Of a stretch of 64,000 nucleotides of DNA, positions 11,765 to 23,212 are shown in pieces. Each line of letters opens with the position of its first letter. Position 1 is the stretch's first letter. Source of the stretch: Protoeuglena noctilucae (Eukaryota); contig OY253690.1 of assembly GCA_958009085.1 (NCBI GenBank), positions 124,001 to 188,000 on the forward strand, written 5' to 3'. The notes below the pieces were generated by a model. The model had not been told where the DNA came from. It did no database searches and saw only the letters and a program-made list of their open reading frames with translations. The position numbers and the translations under genes were made by a program.

Positions 11765-13972
11765 CTAGCCCGCGAAGAGCCGCTTTGCCACGCGCTCCTG
11801 CCCCGCGTCCGCCTCCAGCCTCGATCGCGTGCCCCCCTCCTCCGCCATCACCCCCCATGCCCGCTCACCCCCTCCCTCTTCCCTCTTCCTCTTACCGCCC
11901 ACCTCCCCGCCGCCCCCGCCGCACTCGCCATGCCCGACGTCGCCGCCCCGCTCGCCCCCCGCCGCGCCCTGCACCCCTCGCCCCTCGGCATACCCCACCA
12001 CCGCCGGACCTGGCGAAAGCACCTCCTCTCCCGCCATCTCCCGGGCACCCGCGCCGCTCGACCGGCCCTCGGTCGTCCCCTCCCCCGTCAGCGTCTCGCT
12101 CCCGCCCACCCCGGCTCCGTTGCCCTTGTCAGCGCCGCCCTTGGTGGCTGCCTTCGGTGCGCCCCTCGGCAGGGCATCCGGACCTGTCATGGGCACACCG
12201 CTCGTGAAGAAAGGGTGGGAGAGCGCCTCGTCGATGGTGATGCGCTCGCATGGAACGTACGTCTGAAGCGTGACAAGGAAGGACATGGGTGAAAGACAAG
12301 GGGCCAAGCAGGGTTAGGGAGGGCGGGTGTGGCCAGGGGTGAGGGGCATCCCGGAACCTCAGCGCAGGAGAGAGCATCGAGGCATGCGCGGGCGAGCGCG
12401 GTGTAACGCCCGTACGCTAGCGAGCCACTAACGGCACTGCGCCCCGCTGACCGCCGCAACCCTGCGCTCGTCTGTCACCAGCATGCGTCTGATGAGGTCG
12501 AGGGCGTCGTCGGAGGCGTTTGGGACCAGGGACCGCAGGGGCACGCCTTTCTTAGATTTGGAGAGGAGCATCATGGAGGTGTGGGGCAGGAAGGCGATCT
12601 TCCGGAGGTCGTCCGCGCTGGGGGACCCCAGCGTATCGTGAATGACGGCCAGCTGCGCGATCTCGCTGTCCCTGCGGGCGAGAGGCCGGGCGGGGCGTCG
12701 AGAAGCAGAGGTCACGCACGCTCAATACATGCTTCGTGCCCAGACAACGGCAACGGGATCCAGCTGGCACCACATGCGCGGGGCAAGCGCGGGGCGAGAC
12801 CCGTTCGACGGACACGCCCATCGTAGCCAGTCACCTGTCCGCGCGGAAGAGCGGGCTTCCCCGGAAGAGCTCGGCAAACACGCACCCTGCCGCCCACACG
12901 TCCACCGCGAACCCGTACGAGCGCGAGCCCAGGAGCAGCTCCGGCGCTCTGCGGTGTCGCGTGATAACATGTGCGTTTCGATGAAAGGATCTCGGAGGTG
13001 CAGAGCCTGGCCTCCAGCTGCACAGACCGCAGCTGCACTCGAGGCACCTGTACCAGAGCTGGAAGACGCGGGGAGTGCACTTGGCCCCGGGACTGGCGTA
13101 CGTCCTCGAGAGTCCGAAATCGATGAGCTTCAGGCAGCCGTCCGCGCCGAACATGATGTTGTTGGGCTTGATGTCCCTGCGCCCGCCCCGAGGCCCGTGA
13201 TCCAGGACCGCAGCCGCCCCGTGCGCGCGGCGGAGACCTGCGAAACGCTTCACCTGTGCAACACTTGGAAGAACTGCAGGTGCTGCAGGCCCCGCAGGAT
13301 CTGCGCCATATAGCTCTTGATGTCCGCCTCCCCGTACGAAAGCAAGCCCCGCTGCCTCGCTGCGGAAGCAAGCGGGGCGCGAACGCTCGCGAAACCATAG
13401 CGCCATGCTGCAATCAAACGCGGAGAAGCCCCACTCGCCTAGGATGACGCCCTCCAAGTCGCCCGTGCAGTACTCCATGGCGACCCACACGTTCGATTTG
13501 TGGACAAACACGTCGAAGAGCCGGACCACGAAGGGGCTCAAGACCTCCTTGAGGATCTGAGATGAGTGGGGCCGCTACCGGGGCGTCCAGTGCTGCCCTA
13601 TCAGTCGCAGAAGTGCCAAGGAGCTCGAGGCCAGCCCCCTCGCATCACCCCTGACCCTAGCCCAGCGCTGCCCCTCGCCTTGATTTCTCGGAAGGCGGAC
13701 CTGCTGATTCCCTCCTCCCGCTTCGCATCTCCCAGCCGCACCTTCTTGAGGGCCACGACGCGGCCCGTGGCCTTCTCTGCGCGCGCGCGAGGCAACGAGA
13801 GATTCCTTTGGGCCAGCAGCACATGCATCGATGCGGAGTTCGTTCAATTGGATCCTCTCATTCGCAGAAGGACCAAACTGTCGCCAGCACGCCGCCCAAG
13901 CGCACCGAGTCCCTTGTAGACCACACCATACGTCCCGGCGCCCAGCTGCGAGACCTTCTGGTACTTTTCCAT
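11765..13972 (-). CDS. CDKD: Cyclin-dependent kinase, CDK7/CDKD (CAK)-like, multi-exon
   Basis: Motifs GAGTYGVVYK, VALKKVRLG, SAFREIK, HRDIKPNN, DFGLSRTYASP, WYRAPELLLGSRSYG and DVWAAGCVFAEL across ~8 exons. KPNN and the T-loop SP are CDK7-type. Confidence 0.85.
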
Positions 13973-14388
13973 CCACGACTGATCACAGTCTCTCTCTGCC
14001 TCAACGCAGGCCAGCCCCAGCGGCCACCAACGCGTCTTTGGACACAAGCACGCGCCGTGCAGCAATGATTCACCCACGCGCGTCGCGAATTCCGAGCACG
14101 TAAAGGCCAGTCTTCAGAATTCCTACCTTCCTCGCCACGACAGGTTCAATCAAGGGAGTCTGGAAGTCTGAGAGGAGGGTGATGACCCTAGGGGTCTTAC
14201 CCGCAAGGACAGACAAAGAAACAGCATCTTTGATGGTCCAGGTAACGTCCCGTCGCGACATGGTACGCTAGCGCGAGGGCTCATCCGGCCATCCATGCAA
14301 GTTCAGGGTAGAGGTAGTGGAACGCGCACAGATGTGGCGAAGGAAGCAGGATCACGCGTCACAGGTATGTGAACAAAACAGCAGCATC

Positions 14389-15908
14389 TCACATCTCCTC
14401 CCGCTCGCGGTACCCGAAGAGAGACAGCGCGTACCCAATGAGCCCGCGCACCACCGACCGCCGCGGGACCTTGCAGGCCCCATCTACGGACGTCGGTGTC
14501 GAGGCCATCTCCGGACTCTGGCGCCCCGTGACCAGGTCCGGGTGGAACGTCACCCCGCGACGGTTCGTCGACCGGCCCCGGCGGGGCTTGGAGACGCGAC
14601 CCTGCGATGGAAGGGTGGAGTGGGAGGGTCTATGTAACCAGCAGGGTCGCTTATAAGCAACGGGGGGCGGCGCATGGCTTGTATCAAGGGTGCTAGGAGG
14701 GCAGCTGGGTAGGAAGCTGTTACACCTGTCAGGGAAGGCCAGCTGCACGAAGTGAAGCTCCAGCAGCGCTGTCATGCCGGAATCAGAGCATCAAAGACAC
14801 CGCCAACCCCCCTGACCCAACGACCCTGGATGTCACCTTGCCGGTCTTGAGCACGGACGGCGTGGCAGGGAGGCGGTGGCGGCGGGTCCCGTCGATGGCC
14901 CGGGCGGGCGTGAGGCCGGCATGCATCACGTGGCGCAGCTCCACAATCTGGCAAGGCAGAACGAGAGACGCGAGTCTCAGTCCCATGCCCGCCAGGCATT
15001 CTACTGGGCCAGCGTGTGCGGGATGCTATGTACAGTACGCGACTGCACCTGTCTTGTGTGACAGCAAACCCCCCGGTCCTGCCACAAATGCCACAAGAGC
15101 CGCAACACCACAGCCTGGTGCACGTGGGCCCGCACCTGTGTGGTCCCTTGCCCAGCTCCCCTCTCCACGTGTATGTTCGTGTCCTACCCCTCACCTGACT
15201 CGGCGTGTCCGCATCAGATGCCGATGAGCCACCCATGTCTAGGCGCTGCGGCGCCAAATCCGGCGTCACGTCCGGCCCCGCCTGGCCCTGCGCCGCGCCG
15301 GGTGACGAGTTCGAGTCCCGCCGGCAATCGGACGTGACCCCCGGGGTGACGACGTCCTCCGCGGCGCCCACGAGCGCCGGCGCGGGGCTCACGGGGCCCG
15401 CGAGCGGCCGCGGGGTTGCGTGCGCGCTCAGCTCGTCTCCTGGCAAGGCCGCCGCGCCCGTCCACTGGCCGAAGGACAATCGTTCGGACGGCGAGCACTC
15501 GGGCGGGAGACATTCCGCAGCCGCGGAGTCCGCGGGCGGCGGGGACGGGGCTGGCGCCACGGCTGCCTGCTCCGTCGCCTCCGCTGCGCCAGGGCCCCTC
15601 GTTCCCGCGCCCGCTCGTCTCCTGGGCGTTTTCCTTCGCTCGCCTGCCACCTTCCGCGCCGATTCGCCGCGCGCGATCCGCGACGGCCGCGCTGACGCTG
15701 CGCCAACCGCGTCCGATTGCTGGTGAGTCGCGGCCCTCGCGGGGTACTCGCGGTCCCTTCGACTCGTCCTTTCCGATTCTCTGGCGGCCGGCTGCGAGTC
15801 GGGGAGGCGAGGATGACGTCGCGGATGCGCCGAACAAAGATGTTTTCCAAACTAGCCTTGCTCGATCATGTGCGGAGTCCTCGCCTTCTCCGCCGATGCC
15901 TCGGACAT
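14389..15908 (-). CDS. Hypothetical low-complexity S/P/R-rich protein, multi-exon
   Basis: Long GC-rich frame ~15195-15790 ends at a GTGAG donor. Further probable exons lie at ~14830-14948 and ~14389-14603. No recognisable domain; the start (MSEASAEK) is tentative. Confidence 0.4.
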
Positions 15909-16716
15909 GCGACGTTGCAGAGTCGCCTCATGCGCATCTCCCGCCAGGGAAAGCACCCCCCTGCGGCGCCGGACGGGGTGGCGTTGTTAGCCGCCTCGCT
16001 GAGCGCCTGGATGGATCGTAATACACACGTTCCGCACTCACCCCTCGCCCCTCATCGACATCCTCCTCGTCGTTACCATGGCGAGGCCTCCAGTATCCGC
16101 AGAATAGGGCTGAATAGGAAGGCGTGATTATTTCAGCCAGGATCTCCGCCCTCGACGGTTCTCCACAATGCCAGCGTCACTCCACGATCCCGGGGACAGC
16201 AGCCGGACAAGCACTTAAGCAACTTGAGCAAAGCGGCGCCGGGCCACTGACGCAGGATCGGCGTGTCGCTGGCGCGCTTAGTCGCCACGTGAATCGCGGA
16301 CGCGTCTTTGCCGTCCGCGTCTATCGCGTTCAAGCGTCCGTCGTGTCACTCTTTGCTCCCTCGGCTTCAAAGGACAGCTGCCGGCGCCGAGATTCCCCGC
16401 CGCAGTGCTCCGGCACCATCCCTGATCCAGCCCTTCCGTCAACCCCCCCGCTTTGCCCTGCTCGCTGCTCCACTCCGTGAGCGTCATCCCTTGTCAGGGC
16501 CTGGGGCGAGAGGGCAGGCCCGGCGACCCGGCGAGCAAGTTCCGCGGCCGCTTGGGTGCAGAAGCGCTGCCGTGTCACTGGCTTGATTGACCTAGGACTC
16601 TGGTGAGAATCGTACGCCGCACAGGAGGCCCAGAGGCCGGCGAGCGCGCCCGTGAGCCGTGCGCGAGCCCGGCCCTCCATCGACGGCCCCAGGGCAGGCG
16701 GTGGGGCGGTGCGACC

Positions 16717-18614
16717 ATGGGGCTGACATCCTCGAAGATGGAGAAGGCCCTCCAGGACGTGCCGGAGGAGGAGCGGTTCTTCGGGCTCGAGAACTTCTCC
16801 AACACGTGCTACGCCAACTCGGTCATCCAGCTCCTGTACTGGTGAGTCGATTGCCCGCGTGTTCTGCGCGCTCTCCCGTCTTATTGCGATGTTGGCATGA
16901 GTGGGTGGCGAGTCTCCCGTCGGATCGGTCGCCGTGCGCGAGCGTAGCGACGGTGCGCTCCGCTGCTCCGCGCAGGTGCGAGCCATTCCGCCGGGCGCTG
17001 CTGGCTTACTACGCCGAGGTGAAGGACACGATGGAGGAGAACTTACTGATGTGTCTCGCGGAGCTGTTTGAGCAAATCAGCACGAGCAAGAAGCGGACGG
17101 GCGTCATCGCACCCAGGCGAGTTCCCCGTGCGGCCCCGCGCGCGATGGACCGGGCCGCGAGTGGCGTGCGAACGACGCATCTCGATTCATCGGAACGGGG
17201 CGGGCCGCGCGCAGGAAGCTCGTGTCGCGGGTTCGCCAGGAGAACGCGATGTTCAGCAACAACGACCACCAGGATGCGCACGAGTTCTTGAATTACGTGC
17301 TGAACGAGGTGTGCGATGCGGTGGACAAGCATAAGGCGAGCAAGCGGGGGCAGGACCGGGGACTCCCCAACGGCTGCCACGCCAACGGAGTCGACGGAGG
17401 TGAGCGGCGTTTCTGCATTCCCGCAGCCCCGCAGCCCGCCCGGAGCGCCCGCGATCGCCCCTGCGCACCTCGCCGCAGAGGACGAGAACGCGCCGTCGAC
17501 CTCCGGGCAGGGTGGCACCCAGGCGGGCAAGGGTGGTGTCCCAAGTTTGTCGTGGGTCCGCCGTATCTTCCAGGGCCGGCTGGTCACGGAGACGCAGTGC
17601 CTGCGATGTGAGACGACCACGTCCCGGGAAGAAGACTTCCTGGACCTGTCCCTGGTGAGTGGGTTGGATGAGTGATATGGCGGGGTGGGTGAGGGGGCGG
17701 GTGAGGCACTGCCTGCCTCGCTGTCTGCCTCCATGCCTGTCCTGCTGCCTCGCTTTTCGCAGGAAATCACGCAGAACTGCAGCCTGTCCGCGTGTCTCCG
17801 TCAGTTTAGCGACACGGAGCTCCTCAACATGAGGGACAAGTTCTTCTGTGACCAGTGCTGCTCCCTGCAGGCGAGAGATGAGATGCTCTTGCTGGGATTG
17901 GGGTCTGTCACTCGGTCTTTTGGTTGGGGTAGGCCACATTGACGGATGTTTCGATGACCAGCGTCTCGATGTTGCTATCATGTTCCGACGATTTCGCGTG
18001 TCGATTTACTTCCCGCAACTGCAGGAGGCCCAGAAGCGCATGGTCATCAAGCGGCCCCCGAACGTGCTGCTCCTGCACCTCAAGAGATTCAAATACACGG
18101 AGCACCTGGGGCGCATCAAGAAGCTGCCGTATCGGTGAGTGGGGACGCGGAGGTGCGGTGGTGCGGTGCTGTCAAGGTCATGCCGACGGATGCCGACCAT
18201 ACCATACAGGGTGGCCCGCGTACGGTACAACGTCGTCTGACTTGTCACCTGGTATTAATGGCGCGGCGTGCTGGTATATGTGACAAGCCATTCCCCCACT
18301 CGGTCGTGGGCCGCAGGGTGGCGTTCCCGATGCAGCTGCGGCTGAGCCACGTGGTGGGGAGCGAGGCGGGCGCGGACGCCCTGTACGACTTGACGGGCGT
18401 GGTGGTGCACGTGGGGAGCGGGCCGTACCACGGGCACTACGTGGCCTTGGCCAAGTCGCACGGGCAGTGGCTGAACTTCGATGACGAGGGCGTGGAGCCG
18501 GTGCCGGAGTCGGCGGTGCTGGCGACGTTCGGGAGCAGCACGGAGATGATGGCGACGATGGACCACTGCTTTCTGCTCATGTACATCCGCAAGCCGGAGG
18601 ACTGGGGCTGCTGA
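16717..18614 (+). CDS. UBP3: Ubiquitin-specific protease USP12/USP46 (plant UBP3/UBP4) orthologue
   Basis: N-terminus [12 protein letters not shown] (myristoylation-like), Cys box [48 protein letters not shown], and His box [15 protein letters not shown]...FDD. Multi-exon. Confidence 0.93.
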
Positions 18615-18837
18615 GAGCATGCAGTGGGGGAGCTGGGGACGTAGAGGTCCGGGGAGCGGAGCGTGCGGGTGCAGCTGGAAGCAGGGCGTGTAGAACAGAG
18701 GGATGGGGAGGCCCGATCCGGCGGGGAGCGGCTGCGGATGCGCGGGGCGAGAGCGTGCTTTGAATGCGTTGTCCATCTGCTGCTCTGCATGTCGCTGCGG
18801 GCGCGCTTGAAGGGCGGCGGAAGAGGCCGGGGGGCTG

Positions 18838-19273
18838 TGTACGGGACCAGCAGCGACTCGGCAGGCGCACCGGGCGCGGCGGATCGCCGTGATGCGGATG
18901 CAGGGCCCTGGGCGTCAGGCGCGGACTGGCGCAGGTGTGCCGGAGCCGCGGCTCGTTGCTGCAGTCGCGGAGGGTGGCCGTGCTGGTGACAATTGCGTAC
19001 TAGAGGTCCTGAAGTGTGTACAAAGGCGCTGCGCACGCTGAAGTCGGCGTCGGCGGGGCTAAGCATTGACGCTGCTGGTGCTTCGGGAGCCGGAGGGGCT
19101 GAGCGGACCCGATCGGGGCCGACGACCACGCGGTAGGTGAGGTGGAAGTGCGTTTAGTGCGCGGCGTTGCAAATGTGTCGAGTAGCTAGATGCACCAGCC
19201 CCCGGGCATAGAGCACGGTAAATGATGTGTCGCGTTCGACGCAGTGAGGGGTCGGGAGGGCCTTTCGGTGGCC
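18838..19273 (+). repeat. Upstream non-coding segment shared by F-box-ANK copies A and C (inverted homologue at ~58743-59172)
   Basis: The stretch cagcgactcggcaggcgca...atgcagggcc.tgggcgtcaggcg.ggactggcgcaggtgtgcc.gagccgcggctcgt...ggaggggctgagcggacccgatcggggccgac matches the reverse complement of the 58743-59172 region. Confidence 0.85.
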
Positions 19274-20905
19274 ATGTCGGCGACTGTGAGTGCGAAGACG
19301 TCGTCGGAGGGGGCGAGCGTTGGTGAGGCATGCGCAGGAGGGCTGCACCCCTTCGTTGGAGAGCGCAACCTTGCAGCGACATTTGGCGCGTCCCGCTGGC
19401 GCGCGCAGGGTGGGGCGACCTGACCGGGGAACTGCATCGCGAGATCCTGCGGCTGGTGCCCCTGCGCGACGCCACGGCGGCGCGGGGGGTGTCACCGCAG
19501 ATGCGCGACGAGGTGGACGAGGCGTGGAGGGCGTGGGGCATCCGGGCCACGGCGGAGGACAAGCGGGAGGACATCCGCGGACGCTTTCGTAATCACCCAT
19601 CTTTCGCGGAGCTCGACTTCAGTCCGCTGATGGTCTACGCGTTCCAGGGGTCCCACGTGCACCACCTGGCGAGCCTGGGGCTGTGGCGGCTGGCCCTGCT
19701 GGTGGCGATGGGGGCGGATGTGAACCGACGACTGAAGAGATCGTGGCCGGCGATGTCGTACTGCGCGGGGCGGGGGTGCGTGGAGGCGGTCAAGGCGTGC
19801 CTGGCGGTGGGGGCAGAGGTGGACGCGCCTGACAACGATGATTTTGGCTGGTGGACGGCGCTGGTGCATGCCGCATGGGGGGGGTCACGAGGCGGTGGTG
19901 GAGGCGCTGCTGGAGGCGGGGGCGTCGGCCCCGGTGTGGTTTTATGGCCAGGATCAAACGTTGGCAGCGGTGTGCGAGGGTCATCCGACGGCGGGCATCG
20001 TGCGGCGGCTGGTGGACGCGGGGGCGGACGTCGAATCTCGTTGTTACGGTCGTCCTGCCCTCTGCAATGCCGCGCGTCTCGGCAACGTGGCCGTGATGGT
20101 GGCCCTGGTGGACTTGGGGGTTGACGTGGCTGCGACTGATTTAATGGGGTGGACCGCGATGCACTGGGCAGCAAACGGAGAGGTTATGGGGTGGCTGGCG
20201 GCGCGGGGGTTGAGCGTCCATGGCAATAGTGGGGAGGACTCTCCGCTCCACTGCGCTTGCCGTCATGGCCGCCTTAACGCCGTACGCGCCCTGATCGAGC
20301 TTGGTGTGGACTTTAATCACAAGGACGGAGATGGTAAAACGCCTCTCCATCATGCGGTGTGCTTCCATAAAGAGCCAGAGGCCATGGAGATGACGCTGGT
20401 GCTGCTGGCGGCGGGGGCGGACATCAACGCTGTTGATGGGCGCGGCAGCACACCCCTGCACTGCGTCGGGCACGCTACGTGCGCGGACGTGCTGGTGGAC
20501 ACCGGGGCGGACCTGGAGGCGCGGGACCGGCAGCGCCAGACGCCTCTTTATCACGCGTTGTGCTTATATCCGGAACAAGAGGCCGTGGAGTTAACGCGGG
20601 CTTTGCTGGCGGCGGGGGCGGACATCAACGCTGTTGATGGGCGCGGCAGCACACCCCTGCACTGCGTCGGGCACGCTATGTGTGCGGACGTGCTGGTAGA
20701 GGCGGGGGCGGACCTGGAGGTACGAGACACAGAGGGCAAGACGGCCATCTATGCAGCCGCAACTTCCACGCGCAACAGGTCCGAGGTCGTGCTGCGACTG
20801 GCTGACCGTGGCGCAGATCTGGTCAACACGGGCGGGGAGCCGGGGCTTTTGATGCGCAAGGTAGAAGAGCTCCGGGCCGAGCGCAGCCCCAACCATGCCG
20901 ACTGA
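19274..20905 (+). CDS. F-box-like + ankyrin repeat protein, copy A (one apparent +1 frameshift at the G-run ~19877-19884)
   Basis: Exon 1 is 19274-19322 (MSATVSAKTSSEGASVG), intron 19323-19408, then WGDLTGELHREILRLVPLRDATAARGVS (F-box pattern) and many GAD...TPLH ankyrin repeats. The frame switch sits at T-G8-T, where copy C has a G7 run and reads ..GGHEA in frame. Confidence 0.8.
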
Positions 20906-21314
20906 CCTGGCTGATCATGAGGATGTCGGCTGTGCATTGCGCAGGTGAGCGGCTGGCCAGGCCCGACGCAGCTGCAGAGCTGCCTTAGCCTGTGTACACG
21001 AGCGCTTGCCCCGCACCCGCAGGCGGTGGGCATGCGGACGGTGGAGGCACGGGTGGCGTGGGCAGGGCAGCGCAGAACAGTGGGGTTCTTCTCAACCGCG
21101 GGCAGTGCTTGCGTGGGCAGCATAGGTGTGCGTGGCGACACGCAGTCGGGGCTGGCTGTGGGGTCTAACACAGCAAGCGGAGGGTGGTGTGATTAAGCTG
21201 GTCGACGCAGTCGCTCATGTGCCATGAATGGTGCTCCGTGCCTTTTGAACAGCTGGCGCAGCCGTGCGGGTTACAGAGGGACGAGACGAGCGGAACAGGG
21301 CATGGCGTGTCACG

Positions 21315-22571
21315 CTACCACTTGCCCAGCATCCGCAGCGCCGAGGCCACCACCAGGAACACCGACGTCATCATGCCCACGAACCACTTGATCATGTCGT
21401 TCTTGGAAGCCTCGAGCTGGGTCCTGCAGGCAGCGGGGGCGAATGGACTACTAGCACAGGACGGGTGGCGTGCATGGCGTGGCGTGACTGGCATGGGACG
21501 GGTGGCATGCCAAAATTCCCTGCTCCCCGACCTCGCCTCCCTTGCTCACCTCAGCGCGTTGAGCTCCCTCTCGAACTTCTGGTCCTGCTCGTGCACCTGC
21601 TCCATCATCTTCCGCAGCTCCTCGCGCGTGTTGCCCCTCTCCAGGTTGATGTCCAGGCGCTGCGTGCTCTGCAGCTTGTCGACCTCGTGCTTGAACTCCA
21701 CCCGCAGCGTCTTGATGTCCTGCCCCAGCTGGCTCTGCCCGCTCTGCACCTGGCCCAGGCTCATCTCCTGCGCCTTGAGCACCTCGGCGCGCGCCGACGC
21801 GATGCGGCCCTCCAGGTCGATCAGAGCCCGCTGCAGCGATGCCTTCTCCACGTACGTCTCCGAAAGACGCTCCTTGTGCTCGCACAGCAGCTGGGTCAGG
21901 TAGGTGGCCAATCGGTCGGCCTCGTGTCGCGGCATGCCCACCTCCGTTGAGAACTTGTGCGACATCTCGAGCGTGTTCACGAACAGGTTCTGCGCGAAAC
22001 CAGACAGCGCATAGTAATCTAAGAAGAAACGCGATGTCGCGGGGCGGCTGCGGGGCGCGCCAGCGCAAACGCCCAGGGATTGCTGCCCGCGTGCCCGGGA
22101 GCCGCGCTGCGCCGCCCTCACCTTGCGCATGGCGGCTTCGGGCGACATGGGAATGGACGCGGCGCTCCCGCCGATGCCGCCGACTAAGTTGGCGCCCGGG
22201 GAGGGCCCCGAGCGTTCGCTCCCCGTCCGGGCCTGCGCGGCCGTCCCGAAGAACGACTGGTCCCCCTGAGGCGTTCCCGCGATACCCTCGAGCGTCATCG
22301 ACGTCTTGGGCTTGAGTGCCGGGGCGCTCGCGTGGCCCCGCGACGAGTCGCGGAGAACGTCAAGCGACGTTCCTTGCGAGGGAGCCCCCGCGGCGCTCAC
22401 GGCCGACGAAAGGCATCTGGCCGCCGTCGACGATGCGAACACCTGCAGGAGATCACGGACGAGCTGCGTCGGGCGTCTGCGGGGCCGGAAAGGGGCGCGT
22501 CCATTGCTCCCAGCTACCGCCGCACCTCGCCGCCCCAGCGCCACCGATAGCGGTCCACGTGCCCTGCCCAT
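21315..22571 (-). CDS. DUF1640 / FMP32 / CCDC90-MCUR1 family mitochondrial coiled-coil protein
   Basis: FVNTLEMSHKF...QRLDINLERG...ELNALR|TQLEASKNDMIKWFVGMMTSVFLVVASALRML: coiled coil plus C-terminal TM, typical of DUF1640. Basic, presequence-like N-terminus. Confidence 0.85.
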
Positions 22572-23212
22572 GGTGCTGGCGATCGTTTCCAAGCGTCCCG
22601 AGCCAGCGGAGTGCGGCTCGCGTCGCGGGACGCCGCGAACGCGCGCCAGCCCGGAAACAGAGTGGAGCGCCCCAGCCCGGCCATGCTGCGGTGCCAGTGC
22701 CGCGAAGTGCCGAGTTCCGCGGTCTTCGAGAGACAAGGGGTCAAACAGGCCCCGGAATAGGAGGCGAGCGCGTGCATGGTCCTCCGCAGGAGGACCTCTG
22801 CTGGGGAAGTGGGCATGGCCCTCACGCTGCGTCGCGGCTCAGTCACGGCAAGCACTAACGAACTACGTCTGAGGACAGCGAGGGCACGCACGCGCGCCCG
22901 AGGCGTCGCTCGCGCTGGTCAGACCAGGTGTTGCCCCAGCCGTGCTGGTCTCACGCGCTTTCTGCCTGCACCCAGGCTCCTCCGCGGACACATTTGGTGG
23001 CACATCGTCTCTGCGGCACAGGGACGAGAGAGCTAGCTTTGTCCACACCCCGAGCGCAGCATCGCAAACCAGCGTGCTTCTGCACGCCATCCCCTGCCTC
23101 CCTGGGCTCTAGCGCCAGAGCTGACGAACGTTCGTTTGCTTCCCAGTCACATCCTGCGTCGGGGCGACCAGGAGGCGGCTAGGTCTCGCGTTCAGCCAGT
23201 GGGGCAACACAA

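Noticed and set aside
19274..20905. F-box-ANK copies as retrogenes or autonomous transposons
   Set aside because: They retain an intron and upstream DNA. No poly(A) tail, transposase, RT, TIR or TSD was seen.
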